Below, one piece after another: positions 46,881-60,040 of a DNA stretch of 64,000 bases. Origin of the DNA: Psammoneis japonica (taxonomy: Eukaryota). The stretch's first letter is position 1. Each line of letters opens with the position of its first letter. Below the pieces are notes generated by a model. It saw nothing but the letters and a program-made list of their open reading frames with translations. It did not search any database and was not told the DNA's origin. Position numbers and translations under genes: made by a program. The stretch is taken from assembly GCA_008632985.1 (NCBI GenBank), contig QPGO01000139.1, positions 1 to 64,000 of the forward strand, written 5' to 3'.

Positions 46881-48444
46881 ATGCCTCCAGTGGTGAGGAC
46901 GTTTCTTTTTCTATCAAGATCTGCTCTTATTATTGTCAGCATGAGGTGCTTTGCGGCTGCGTTTGTCGGCCGTCATTCCCACGCCGTGCTTCGACAGGTT
47001 TTGAATGGAAGAATCATTTCAGCGACAACAACCACAAGGCCGATTTCATCCTTTCAACGCTTTGAATCTCTCCCTCCTGACTACACAATCGTTGAGGATG
47101 ATGACGAAGACGATGACGAAGATGTTCCACTTGGCGCAAACCTTCCGTTTTTCACTGGGGAGACACGAAATCATCTGTGAAAGTTGACGAGAGCAGTACG
47201 TCAATACCGACGAGGCGCAGTGTCAAGAAAAAAGCAAGTCAAACAATTCCTGAAACATCATGGATGGAAAAGAATACAAACTTTTCTTTTGACGAGCCAA
47301 AGCAGAAACCACGTAAGGATCGTAGGGAAGAGCGCAGAAACAACAATCGTCGGCAAAAGAACGATCGAAATGCGAGTTTCAAGGATGATTTCCGTGGAAC
47401 ACGGGTGTTTGTGCAAGGGCTGAATCAAGATACAAGCTGGCAAACTGTAAGTGTATCGAAATGAATGTGAAACTTGGCAGATACAACCAGCAGCAGTCTC
47501 ACAAGTTTGTTTATGCTTTTTTCGAAATCGCTGTGACGCAGCTCAAGGATCACTTTCGCACGGCAGGGGAGGTCGTCTTTGCATCCATAAGCGTGGATGG
47601 TCAGACAGGACAGTCCAAGGGATGCGGTGTGGTTCAATTTGAAACAACAGCCGAAGCACAAAATGCAATTAAAATCATGAGAGACTATCCATTGGAAGGT
47701 GCAACGCTTTACGTTAGGGAGGACGTCCAAGACAAGGCTCCCAGGCCGCGTGGTGGGGGTAACACAACTCCGCCTTCTAAATGGAAATGCGCGAATGAAG
47801 CAAACATAGAGAACATGTCAATGGAAGAACGAGATAATATTCTATCCCTTATCAAAGCACGCGATCAAGCACGGAGGAGAAAGAATTACGAAGCTTCCGA
47901 CGATATGAGGGACGAGCTCAAATACGAGTATGGAATTCATTTGGATGATCGCTTGAAGCTTTGGTGGAGTGACGTGAATGGGAAACCTCCCGAAATGATT
48001 TCAGATATCAAAGGTGAGGGACGTTGGGGGAAAGCGCGGTCGTGGAGACAGATTCCTACGACACCAGAGAATGATGCTTGTGTGGATCCCGATTTAGTTG
48101 AGGGCTTATTGAAACAACGGGACATTGCACGAAGAGAAAAGGACTTTGAAACCGCTGATGCACTGCTGGAAGAAGCACGAACGGCACCCGATGGCGACTT
48201 GTACCTACGCATCCACGATGAAAGTCGAACGTGGCGGATCTGGACGGAGGCTCCGCCGCCGAAAGCTTTTGATCAAGGTGTCGCCCGGGAAAGGGTCCGA
48301 AGAAGTGCATCTGAGCAATGCCTTGACATTGTCTCAGAGCATGCGCCAGATAAAGTCGCGGAAGTTCGTAACATGTTGGAGAAATTTCCTGGAAGGGAGT
48401 ATAGCATTCTCAAGAAACTGAAACAGCGATACGAAAAACGATAA
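46881..48444 (+). CDS. Organelle-targeted RRM protein with two repeats resembling the CysRS C-terminal helical domain; one intron, frameshift at about 47158
   Basis: RVFVQGL..DTSWQT|LKDHF...SKGCGVVQF (RRM); ARDQARRRKNYEASDDMRDEL and QRDIARREKDFETADALLEE. Confidence 0.7.
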
Positions 48445-48558
48445 ACAGCACAGGCATTGTAGTGAAACTACGTCTATTGACAATTATGATTCTATCTGCG
48501 ATCGATCGATGTACTTTGCTTTCTTTGACACGAGTAGCTGTCCTTGTCTATCGCCCGT

Positions 48559-50455
48559 CTAAAAACTTCCAGGATCCATTCCTGGAGACTCAAGAGATGC
48601 TTGAGTCGATGATGGCGCTAGATATGGATTTCTCCACCGAGTATTCTCAGTGTCGGGATATTGAATAGTGGTCTCCTCCTCGTCCTCATGCGGGTAGCAT
48701 GCACAACATGAACATAGCTCAATGTTTTCGGATCTAGATTTTTCAAGGGGTTTATAGCTGAAAAGGCAGAGAGAAAGGGTGAAATGATTGGATCGAATAG
48801 AACACGTCTTTACCAACGTCTATTGGCTCGCTCACCTGACTTCCCCAAACATAGGAATAACAGTGACTCCTTTGCTTTCGACACTAGTCCACCCATTCGC
48901 CTCGAAGCGTAATCTCATCGGATGAACAGCCGCTTGACCACCGTACAACAGCAGTCGAGCGAATTCGTCTCTACTGACCGCCCAGGCTCCCATCCCAACA
49001 AGACATATCACCAGTGGTGCCATAGCAACGACGAATAATCTGGTTTCAAGCTCCACTGGTCGCTCGAGCGGAATAACCTCCCCAACAACCACCAGGAGGA
49101 CGATGAAGATTAAGGATGCCATTGAGTACAGTATTCCTGCAGTGAGCTGCGCCTCAGTCAGCTGATAGTACCCGACCTGATGTCCATATACAATATAAAT
49201 TAGCAGACCCGATGACATGCTAAGCACCGCGACAAGTGGAGAAACAATGAGTCTCCATCGTATTCCGTCAACCGAGTGGTCCACTTTCAAAACTGCAAGT
49301 ATCATTGCAGTGCAAACTAGTATCCAACAGAGAAGCTTTAGGACGTGTTGAGTCTTGCATATTACACCATCGAGAATTCCACCACCAACCAAAAGCCACG
49401 CAGGGATAAGGTCGCAGCCAATGAGATCGAACCATGCGCAATTCGAAGATAGACCAGAATCTCAAAGACGAATAGACAAAACGATAAAAGGCCGGTTTTG
49501 AGGCCGAATTTGAGAGATCGCTGCAGCAATGGCAGATACTCAGTGCGATCCAAGTGATCGGTTGAGTCTGGTCGCTGTCTATTATCATTTGCGTCCGAAA
49601 TGAATCCTGAAAGAGCTCTGGCAGACATAATATGGCACCATAAAAGTCCCACGTGTGATAACCACGATGGGAGCAAAATGAACCAAAAAGGCAAATCATT
49701 AATCATCTGCGTCCATCGAACCGCTCCCAGTAGCGCTGTAAGCGAGAACCGATGGAAACACAAGCTTGTAGGTCGGAGAAAGACGAAGGCATGAGCTGAT
49801 GGAATGATATCGGACTTTACACCCAGTCCATGCACATATCCCATACTTACCCATGTTGCAATAAGCGGTTTCATAACCTTCAGAGCGGCCTTGCGGACAG
49901 CATATATTTCTTCTGGCATCTCAAATAAGGGTTGCCCCCCTGCTCCTCCCGCTTGAACTGTCTCTGGATTTTCTATAATCTGCGGTTTATATACACCCGT
50001 AGGACGCCTTAATTCCCCCTGGTTCATTGATTCTGATCCTTCCACTGCTCGCGCATAGTGAGCAGCATGATGTTGTCGCGAATGATGGTGATCATCGTCT
50101 GAGAACATCGCGTATGGTTGATCAGTTGAATTGTAATTGTGATCGTCTTCGAATCGCTGGTTACCCGCCGCTCGCCAGATTGATATTCCCTGTGTTGACC
50201 CCTTGACTTCTCCATCTGAAACCCACTGGAGTTGTCCATGATATCTGGCTGATAATGTAGCTGCTGAAGCGACGACGGAGACTTGCTCGACCTTCTCGAT
50301 CGAATCGACCCCTTCCCGTAGGATCCAGTAGAATTTCTACGTAAACCTTCGTCGGCGGTGGACGCAAGGAGCGGATCGGACTCTGTCGCCGGTCCTTCCG
50401 CTTTCTTTGACGCAGTTCTGCTTCTACTATCACCAGCACTACTACTAGGTCTCAT
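48559..50455 (-). CDS. Multi-pass membrane protein, TMEM185 / Fragile-X-F-like; introns, apparent frameshifts at about 50165 and 49402
   Basis: LPFWFILLPSWLSH and LAVLKVDHSVDGIRWRLIVSPL; several TM segments; Cys-rich C-terminal exon. Confidence 0.55.
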
Positions 50456-52762
50456 CTCATTCCCACCTTGATGCGGCGGGTGGGTATCGCCGTCTTTGGG
50501 GCTGCCTCGATTTACAATACAAAAAGCTTGTTGAAACTCGATATTTATTTGCCTTTGTGGTTATTTCTCTTTTTTTGTTTCATACGAATACGCTATTCTC
50601 ATAAATTCGATATTTGAACTTGAAGAAAATAAATTAATGAAGAGATTATATTAATACTATGGAGTTCTAAATTAGAATAAGTATCAATAATGATCTCCAT
50701 AAATAAATCTCCAAAATACATTTTACCAAATATAGCTCTTTATGTGGATAATAAATCCGTTGGGATCGTCATTGCAGTTCTCAGATAATCGGTTGGAAGC
50801 TCTGTGAGAAAAACTCTCATGAGCAGAAAATGGCCAGGCCCTGCAGCAAGTGTGCTGCCCTTGCCCCCTTTTTTGTGCAGACTGTAAATGACAAACACCA
50901 TCTGCCAAATGAAGAACAGTGCATGTTCATTTGTCAACTCAGCACTGCACGGCTTTGAAGTGCTGCAAAGAAAACTCAAAGCAGAAGCAGTGCTGGCAGC
51001 GTCGCAACAACTTGCGCCTCAACCCTGGCTGACAAATCCACACAAGAGCAGCAATTGAAGCCTTGGCAGCCAAGAGACTGCAGAAAATGTGGGTGCAATG
51101 CTCTGCACAAACCATGTGAACAGAGGGCATCCACCGCACATGTCCATTTTTGCTGGTTGGGAGAGGGTGGCTTTGGAGCGGCTTTGCTGCAGCACACCCC
51201 GGCTCTCCTGGAGCTGGCCTGAGCAATTCTTCATGTCATGTCATGTCATGCCAGTGCTGCCAGCTGCTGCTGAAAGTTGTGGTTTGAGCTCAAAATCACA
51301 TTTCCTCCATGCTGTTGAGTCCTTGCATGAGACGGGTCAGCCACAAAACAAGGAGGCAATCTCCACAATGTGCTCATGCCGTGTGTGTGTGTGTGTTGGC
51401 TCCACAATGTGGCAAGTGCCGCATGACTTCTGCAAAGCAGTGAAGAGACTGCACCATGTGGGAAAACTGCTCAAACACATGTGTGCCCAGAGTCCCAAAG
51501 GACATGAGCAAACACCACAAACAGCGAGCTTTCACGGTCGTGCGATTGAGATTTCCAGCCTTGGCTTCTGCCGCTGAAAGTTTGTGCACAATTGCTCAAA
51601 CTTGCACCCCCATTTGCTCAAACTTGCAAAAAAAAATCCAGGTTGTGTTCAACATCAACATTTGTGGACAACGTGAGTTGAGTTTTCCATTGACACGCCA
51701 ACAAGACACTTCTTGTTTCCCAACTGCGCTGCCATCCCCCCATCCAAGACAAAAGGCCATTGCAAACAATGGTGTGCATGACTGCCCACTGCAACTGCAT
51801 TGAATTTCCACCACATGACAACAAAAAGCATGCCATTAGAACTGGCACATTTTGGTTGGCACAGAGGCACCATTTTTTGTTTTGTCAGAACAGCAAACAC
51901 AGACTCATGGGCTGATTTCATTGCCTTTCAACTGGAAAGTTCTTGAACCCTCATCTTGGGACATTTTGACCCCCCTGCTCTACAACCAATCAATGTGAAA
52001 ACAGCGCCATTAAACCCACTGCATCAAAGCCAGTCTGCATGGTCACTGCTGTGTCTCGAGGAAACAAGAATTTGGGGACCTTGGTGCATCAACTTGTGGG
52101 CAATGCATCAAGGCCAGCGGGGTCCTTTGAAAACAATGAGTCGATCTCAGCACAAAATGCATCATGATTCAACAATTCCTTCTGTGTGGTGCTGCTCAAC
52201 ATTTTTGTGGCAAAACTTGGCATGCCAGCTTTGGGGCCAAACTTGGCATGCCACCAACTTTGGAGCCAAACTTGGCATGCCAACTTTGGCACAAAACTTG
52301 GCATGCCAAATTTGGGGCAAAACTTGGCATGCCAGTTTTGGGGCAAAAATGGGCATGCCAACTTTGGCACAAAACATGGCGCGCCAGCTTTGGGGCAAAA
52401 CTTGGCATGCCAACTTTGGGGCAAAACTTGGTGTGCCAACTTTGGAGCAAAACTTGGCATGCCAACTTTGGAGCAAAACTTGGCATGCCAGCTTTGGGGG
52501 GTGAAACTTTGCATGCCAACTTTGAAGCAAACTTGGCTTGCCAACTTTGGGGCAAAACTTGGCATGCCAGCTCTGGGGCAAAACTTGGCATGCCGACTCT
52601 GGGGCGAAACTTGCCATGCCAACTTTGGGGCAAAGCTTGGTGTGCCAACTTTGGAGCAAAACTTGGCATGCCAACATTGGGGGGCGAAACTTTGTGTGCC
52701 AGCTTTGAAGCAAACTTGGCTTGCCAACTTTGGTTTAAAACTTGGCATGCCAACTTTGGCAA

Positions 52763-53321
52763 GGGTCTGCGGGAAATCACAATTTTCACCACCTGCATGT
52801 CAAAATTGATGGAGTCGTGCCTGCCAGCACAAAATCTGTCTGACAAGACAAATTTGTCACTGACATCACCTCACAGGAAAGACATTTTCCAGACACAACT
52901 TTTGATGCAAAAAACTGTGTGAGACAAAGAAAGCTGTGGGAAGACCCGGATGTGCACAACCAAAAATGTCCCAAAATTTTGTGTTGTGCAGGAATGCACC
53001 AGGCTTCCACACATGAAAGAACCTGTGTGTGCATTTTTCAAAATGTGTGACACAACTTTCAAAACGCACATCCGGGTCACATTTTTTTGTGCAGATTTTG
53101 TGCTGGAAGTCTTGCAGGAATTCTAAAAACACCCGGATGTGCATTTTCAAAACTGTGGCACAACTTTGATTTGTGTCAAAAGTTGTGTCAAAATTGTGTC
53201 AAAAACGCGCGAGCTCATCACGTGGAAAAAGTGCGTGCGGCTGCACTGCTGGCGTTGCAAACGGTCGAAACTCACAGAGACTCTCTGTTTTTTGCTTAAA
53301 AACATGATTTCCTGCAGACCC
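52763..53321 (+). mobile_element. MITE (559 bp), PIF/Harbinger-like, copy 1
   Basis: TIRs GGGTCTGCGGGAAA / TTTCCTGCAGACCC, flanked by CAA on both sides (3-bp TSD); no coding capacity. Confidence 0.75.
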
Positions 53322-53996
53322 CAAAACTTGGCATGCCAACTTTGGAGCAAAGCTTGGCATGCCAACATTGGGGGGTGAAATTTTGTGTGCCAACTTTGAG
53401 GCAAACTTGGCTTGCCAACTTTGGGGCAAAACTTGGCATGCATGCCAACTGTGGGGCAAAACTTGGCATGCCAACTTTGGGGCAAAACTTGGTGTGCCAA
53501 CTTTGGGGCAAAACTTGGGGCAAAACTTGGCATGCCAACTTTGGCGCAAAACTTGGCATGCCAACTTTGGGGCAAAACTTGGCACGCCAACTTGAGCTTG
53601 GAACTTGGCATGCCAACTTTGGAACAAAGCTTGGCATGCCAACTTTGGGGGGTGAAATTTTGTGCGCCAATTTTGGGCAAACTTGGCTTGCCAACTTTGG
53701 GGCAAAACTTGGCATGCACGCCAACTTTGGGGCAAAACTTGGCATGCCACTTTGGCTCAAAACTGCTTGGCATGCTAACTTTGGGGCAAAACTTGGCACG
53801 CCAACTCAGGGGCAAAACTTGGCATGCCAACTTTTGGGGCAAAATTTGGTGCGCCAACTCTGGGGCAACACTTGGTGTGCCACCTTTGGGGCAAAACCTG
53901 GCACACCAACTTTGTGGCAAAACTTGGCACGCCAACTTTGGGGCAAAACTTGGTGTGCCAACTTTGGTGCAAAACTTGGCATGCCAACTTTGGCAA

Positions 53997-54562
53997 GGGA
54001 TCTGTGGGAAATTTTGTTTTCAAGCAAAAAACAGAGAATCTCAGTGAGTTCCAACCGTTTGCAACACCAACGGTGCAGCTGGCTGCACGTGCTTTTTCTG
54101 CGTGACAAGCTTGCACATTTTTGACACAACTTTGACACAATTTTTGAAACAAATCAAAGTTGCGCCACAGTTTCAAAAATGCACATCCGGGCATTTTTGG
54201 AATTCCTGCGAGACTTCCAGTGCAAAGTCTGCACAAGAAAATGCAGCCCGGGCGTGCATTTTGAAAGTTGCGCCACACATTTTGAAAAATGCACACACAG
54301 GTTTTTTTGCATGTGGAAGCCTGGTGCATTCCTGCACAACACAAAAGTCAGGACATTTTTGATTGTGCACATCCAGGTCTTTGCAAAACTTTTTTTTGTC
54401 TCTCACAGTTTTTTGCATCAAAAGTTGTGTCTAAAAATGTCTTTTCTGCGCGGTGGTGTTGGCAACAAATTTGGCTTGTCCAACAGATTTTGTGCTGGCA
54501 GGCATGACTCACATCAATTTTGACACACAGGTGGCAAAAATGGCAATTTCCCACGCAGACCC
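53997..54562 (-). mobile_element. MITE copy 2, inverted relative to copy 1
   Basis: Diverged reverse complement of 52763-53321 over its whole length; ends GGGATCTGTGGGAAA and TTTCCCACGCAGACCC. Confidence 0.75.
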
Positions 54563-56649
54563 AACAATGGGAATCTTTCAAAAATGACCCGTGATGTAAA
54601 ACGCACAAATCACTTGTGGACGTCCGTAGAATCTGCACGTTTTTGCACCAAAACTGTCATCGTCTCAAAACTTTTGCAAAAAAGGAAATCACTGCTGGCT
54701 GATCAGGCGCATTTCTGCAAATGTGTTGTTCTAAAATGCGCCTGATCAGTTTGCAGCAAAGTCCATTTTTCGCAGAATTAAAATTCACCAAGGGCAGACG
54801 GACAGACAATTTCACATTTTTGCTGGGACTGTTCCACATGATTTCTGCGTGTTTGTGAAACAATGACTCTGCGGCACAAAAGATTGCCACTGACTTGGCA
54901 TGCCAACTTTGGGGGGCGAAACTTTGTGCACCAACTTTGAAGCAAACTTGGCATGCCAACTTTGGGGTGAAACTTTGCACGCCAACTTTGAAGCTGACTT
55001 GGCTTGCCAACTTTGGGGCAAAACTTGGCATGCACACCAACTTTGGGGCGAAACTTGGCATGCCAGCTTTGGCTCAAAACTTGGCATGCCAACTTTGGGA
55101 CAAAACTTGGCATGCCAGCTTTCACGCAAAACTTGGCATGCCAACTTTGGGGCAAAAATGGGCACGCCAACTTTGGCACAAAACATGGCATGCCAGCTTT
55201 GGGGCGAAACTTGGCATGCCAACTTTGGGGCAAAACTTGGTGTGCCAACTTTGGAGCAAAACTTGGCATGCCGACTTTGGAGCAAAACTTGGGATGCCAG
55301 CTTTGGGGGGTGAAACTTTGCACGCCAACTTTGAAGCAAACTTGGCTTGCCAACTTTGGGGCAAAACTTGGCATGCCAACTCTGGGGCAAAACTTGGCAT
55401 GCCAACTCTGGGGCAAAACTTGGCATGCCAACTTTGGGGCAAAACTTGGTGTGCCAACTTTGGAGCAAAACTTGGCATGCCAACCTTGGGGGGCAAAACT
55501 TTGTGCACCAACTTTGAAGCAAACTTGGCTTGCCAACTTTGGGGCAAAACTTGGCATGCCAACTTTGGCTCAAAACTTGGCATGCCAACTTTGGCACAAA
55601 ACTTGGCATGCCAACTTTGGAGCAAAACTTGGCATGCCAACTTTGGGGGGTGAAACTTTATGTGCCAACTTTGAAGCAAACTTGGCTTGCCAACTTTTGC
55701 ACAAAACTTGGCACGCCAACTTTGTTGGGGCCAAACTGGGCACACCAACTTTCGAGCAAATGTCGGCATGCCAACTTTGGAGCGATGCTTGGCATGCCAA
55801 CTTTGGGTCAATCAACACATGGTTGATTGATGCAGCCTGAGTGTCCAAGAGTTGAAAATGGGCAGAAGATGTTGGCGGCAAGAGAGCAGGTGAGATGTGG
55901 AGAGAACACAGCAACAGGAGGTGCAGCAAGTTGTTGCCTGCATCAAGACACTCAAAATCAAGGTGTCCAGTCTTGTGACATTGGCAATGGTGTTTGCATC
56001 AGGAGGAGTGCCAGAGTCACCCTGACAGAGCATTTTGGTGGCCAAAGACAGATGAGAAAGAGATGTGTCAGTGGCTGGCAACAAATCAGGGTCATCCTCT
56101 TTCACAGTGCCCCACAAGGGATCTCCGTGTCAGCTGGTTTGTTGACCAAGATCAGAAGAAGGGGTGTCCTCAACCTCTGGAGATGAGGAGTTGAGCACAT
56201 GTGGTTCATCTGTGCACTGCTGCATGGATTTTGTGGGGGCTGGTTGTTCCCATTGGAGGTGCAATGGCTCTGATGGTTGGATGGGTCAAGATGTTGAGCA
56301 GGGCTGTTGGCATTGGAGCACTGGGGTTGGGTGCAGCTTTCAAAGGACAAACAGACAAAAAGTTGCAGTGTGAGATGTGCCAACAATTGTGGACAATGTG
56401 GCAAGGGCACTTCAAGTTTGCACTTGAAGCTTGGGCTGAGTTTTGCAGGTCATGTGCTCACTTGGTTGTTGGCTTCTGCACCCAGCTGACATGGCAACAA
56501 CAGCTCTGGCAACAGCCAAGTGGTTGCAAGCCACACATTGAGTTTGGAGATGGTGAGACTGAATGAGTGCCACAGCAAGTGAGCTGCGAAGCTTCAACAC
56601 AGAAGCCAAAAGGTCATGGCACCATGGTCAAAGGAGCAGTGTTGTGTTT

Positions 56650-56745
56650 GAGGGCTGGGAAGTCAAGAGGAATCTGCACAGTGAGGGCTGGGAAGTTGAG
56701 AGGAATCTGCAGATGAGGGCTGGAAAGTTCACAGGAATCCAAAAG
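56650..56745 (+). repeat. About 33-bp tandem repeat, three copies
   Basis: gagggctgg(g/a)aagt...aggaatc repeated three times. Confidence 0.75.
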
Positions 56746-57149
56746 GAAAAGGCAATGAGGTTGACAGGAATCCAAGGGCGTGCCTCATGTTGGCAGATTG
56801 CAGCAAACAACCTGGATGGACAATCTCTGGAGGGCCTTGCTGTTGAGGTGACAGCCAGGTGTTTGCATGCAATTTCTGGCACCCTGTGGACTTCAGCACA
56901 AATTCTTCCAGGGCTCCTCAGCTTGGCCAAACCACACTTTCAATTGCCCACATTTTCATCAAAAAAGCCAATTGTCACAACCAAAGAAGAGTCAAACCAT
57001 CACAAGTGCCTGCACAGGGGGGGACATGGTTTGGGGGTCAAAGTGCACTTTTGAACCTCATGTCACAAGACAAGTGCATTTCTTGCCTGCAAAGGGGTTT
57101 GCAAATGCAGGCAGAGATGACCTCATCTGTGTGGGGGTTTGCAAATGCA

Positions 57150-59500
57150 GGCAGAGGCAACACAAGAGTGCCCCAGATTGGCAACAAGAACACTCTCTTG
57201 CCCAGACAACAAGAGTGTCCCTTGTCAGCCAAAAATGTTTTTGTCTGAACAAGAGTGTTCTTCTGGGCCAGTGCAAGAACATTCTTGCCCAGAGAAGAAT
57301 GTTGTTGCCCAGACTGAAACTTCCCAGACAAGCCAGCAAAATGTTTTTGTCTGGACAAGAATTTCTTGCCCAGACAAGAGTGTCCCAGACCAGCCAGGAA
57401 TGTTCTTTCCCAGACAAGAATGCTCTTGCCCAGACAAGAACATCCTTGCCCAGAAAAGAGCACCCTTGCCATTGTTGTCCAGGCTTGAATGTTCCAGGCA
57501 AGCCAGGTGTGTTTCAATCAGGGTGTGAATTTTCTTGCCCAGATGAGAATGCTCTTGCCCCTTGCCCAGACAAAAATGTCCAAGACCAGCCAAAATGTTC
57601 TTGTCTGGACAAGAGTGTTCTTGCCTGGACAAGAGTGTTGCACACCAGGACAGGAACATTCTTGCACAGACAAGAATGTTGTTGCCCAGACTGAAGTGTT
57701 CCAGACAAGCCAAAAATGTTTTTGTCTGGATGAGAATTTTTTGGCCATTTGAGAGTGTGTCCCAGACCAGCCAAGAATGCTCTGGCCCAGGCAAGAGCAC
57801 TCTTGCCAAGACAAAAATGTTGTTGCCCAGGCTGGAATGTTTCAGGCAAGCCAAGTGTGTTTTTGTCTGGACACAAATTTTGCTGCCCAGACAAGAATGC
57901 TCTTGCCAAGATGAGAGCATCGTTGCCCAGACAAGAGTGTTTCCAGACCAGCCAAAAATGTTCTGGGCCATTCTTGCCTGCAAACACAAGAGTGCCCCAG
58001 ATCAGCAAAGAATGTTCTTGTCCAGACAAGAATGTTCTTGCCCAGCAGACAAGAACATCCCAACCAGCCAAAAACAACATTCTTGTCTGGAGTCTGGACA
58101 AGAATGTTCTCACCTGGAAAGAGTGTTCCAGACAAGGGCAAGAACATTCTTGCCCAGATGAGAATGTTGTTGTGCCCAGACTGGAGTGTTCCAGACAAAC
58201 CAAAAATGTTTTTGTCTGGACAAGAATTTTCTCACCCAGACAAAAGTGTCCCAGACCAGCCAGGAATGTTCGCACCTGAACAAGAATGCTCTTGCGCAGT
58301 GGACAAGAGTGCTCTTGTCCAGACAACAATGTTGTTGCCCAGGCTGGAATGTTCCAGGCAAGCCAAATGTGCTTGTGTCTGGGTGCAAACTTTCTTGCCC
58401 AGAAAAGAATGCTCTTGCCTGGACAAGAGCATTGTTGCCCAGACAAAAGTGTTCCAGACCAGCCAAAAATGTTCTGGGCCATTCTTCCCTGCCAGGCAAG
58501 AGCACCCCAGATTGTCAAAGAATGTTTTGGCCCAGACAAGAATGTCCCAGACCAGCCAAAATGTCCCCCTGTCTGGACAAGAATTTTCTTGCCTGGACAA
58601 GAGTGCTCCAGACCAGGACAAGAACATTCTTGCTCAGACAAAAAAGTTGTCACTCAGAGTGCTGTGGACCAGCAAGGAACACTCTTGCCCAGACAAGAAC
58701 ATTGTTGCCCAGACCAGACTGGAGTGCACCAGGCATGCCAAGGGTGTTTTTTGTCTGGATGTGAAATTTTCTTGCCCAGAAAAGAATGCTCTCATCTGGA
58801 CAAAAACATTGTTGTCTTGCCCAGACAAGAATGTCCCAGACTGGCAAAAAGTGTTCTTGTCCAGAGACAAGAGTGTTCTTGCTTGGACAAGAGTGCTGCA
58901 GACCATGACAAGAACATTCTTGCCCAGACACGGCAGTTGTTGCCCAGAGTGTCCCACACCAGCCAGGGACATTTTGCCCAAACAATCAATGCTCTGGCCC
59001 AGACAAGAGAGTTGTTGCCCAGGCTGAAATGTTCCAGGTGAGCCAAACGTGTTTTTTGTCTGGACACGAATTTTCTTGCCTGGACAAGAGCATTGTTGCC
59101 CAGACAAGAGTGTTTCAGGCCAGCCAGAAATGTTCTGTGCGCTCTTGCCCCCAGGCAAGAGTGCCTCAGGTCAGCAAAGTGTGTTTTTGCCCAGCAAAGA
59201 ATGTTCTTGCCCAGACAAGAATGTTCCAGACCAGTCAACAAAAATGTTCTTGTCTGGACAAGAATGTCATTGCCTGGACAAGAGTGTTCCAGACCAGGGA
59301 AAGAACATTCTTGCCCAGACAAGAATGTTGTTGCCCAGACTGGAGTGTTCTTGCCCAGACAAGCCAAAAATCTTTAGTCTGGACATGAATTTTCTTGCCC
59401 AGATGAGAGTGCCCCAGAACAGCCAGGAATGCTCTTGCCCAGACAAGAACATTCTTGCCCAGACAAAAGCACTCTTGCCCCCAAACAAGAATGTCATTGC
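57150..59500 (+). repeat. Second satellite built from ~20-bp units (TTCTTGYCYRGACAAGARTG) with higher-order organisation
   Basis: About 2.3 kb of cttgcccagacaag / cttgtctggacaag / cttgcctggacaag units interspersed with ccagaccagcca motifs. Confidence 0.92.
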
Positions 59501-60040
59501 TCACAAGCTTGAAACAGTGGCAGAGTTTGCAAGAGTTTTAAAGGAGTGGGATGTGGCAGAGCCACTGGGCATTCTCAAGTTGATCTTGTTTGATGCAAAT
59601 GAGAAGACAACCCCCAAGCAGCAGCTTGTGCTTGTTCACTGAGACAAAGGAGAAGTGCTTCAAGACTGTTGCGATTGGTTTGTGGTGAGCATGGTTGAAA
59701 TGAAGGATCATCCTGGAAGAAATTGCCAAGAAAGAAGATTGGCTCAGCTTGGATGCTGATGACACCTGGAGCAAATGTGGGGTCAAGTTGTTGGCAGCAA
59801 TCGATGCTGATGGAAGGTTTCAAGAAATGTTGGCATGTCTTGAAAAGACCTGCATCAGCAGCTTGCACTGGGGGTTGACAAATTGTCCCAATTTGGCTGC
59901 TGAGGAGGCACTGCAGGTGTGGGACATGCATGGAGCCAACAAGAAACCTGAGGGTGCAAGTTTTGCACAAAACAAGAAGAAGCAGATGTCAAATGCTGAA
60001 AATGTGACAAGGTTGGGCATGTGAAAAAGGATTGCCCTTG
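59500..60040 (+). mobile_element. Retrotransposon gag relic with CCHC zinc knuckle
   Basis: 59994-60035 reads C-*-K-C-D-K-V-G-H-V-K-K-D-C (CX2CX4HX4C). Upstream ADGRFQEMLACLEK...TNCP resembles copia gag. Confidence 0.65.

Larger units (their letters stand above)
52208..55806 (+). repeat. 26-bp satellite AAAACTTGGCATGCCAACTTTGGGGC in three blocks (about 52208-52762, 53322-53996, 54893-55806)
   Basis: Dozens of head-to-tail units containing the 12-bp palindrome TTGGCATGCCAA; recurrent variant units suggest higher-order structure. Confidence 0.95.

Noticed and set aside
52208..55806. CRISPR-like array of palindromic repeats
   Set aside because: Units are head-to-tail with no unique spacers, no cas genes are present, and the context is eukaryotic.
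52089..59642. Repeat-protein ORFs (KLACQV/GMPTL and CPDKN/QECS repeats)
   Set aside because: Translations of the 26-bp and ~20-bp satellites; units are not multiples of three and are open on both strands.
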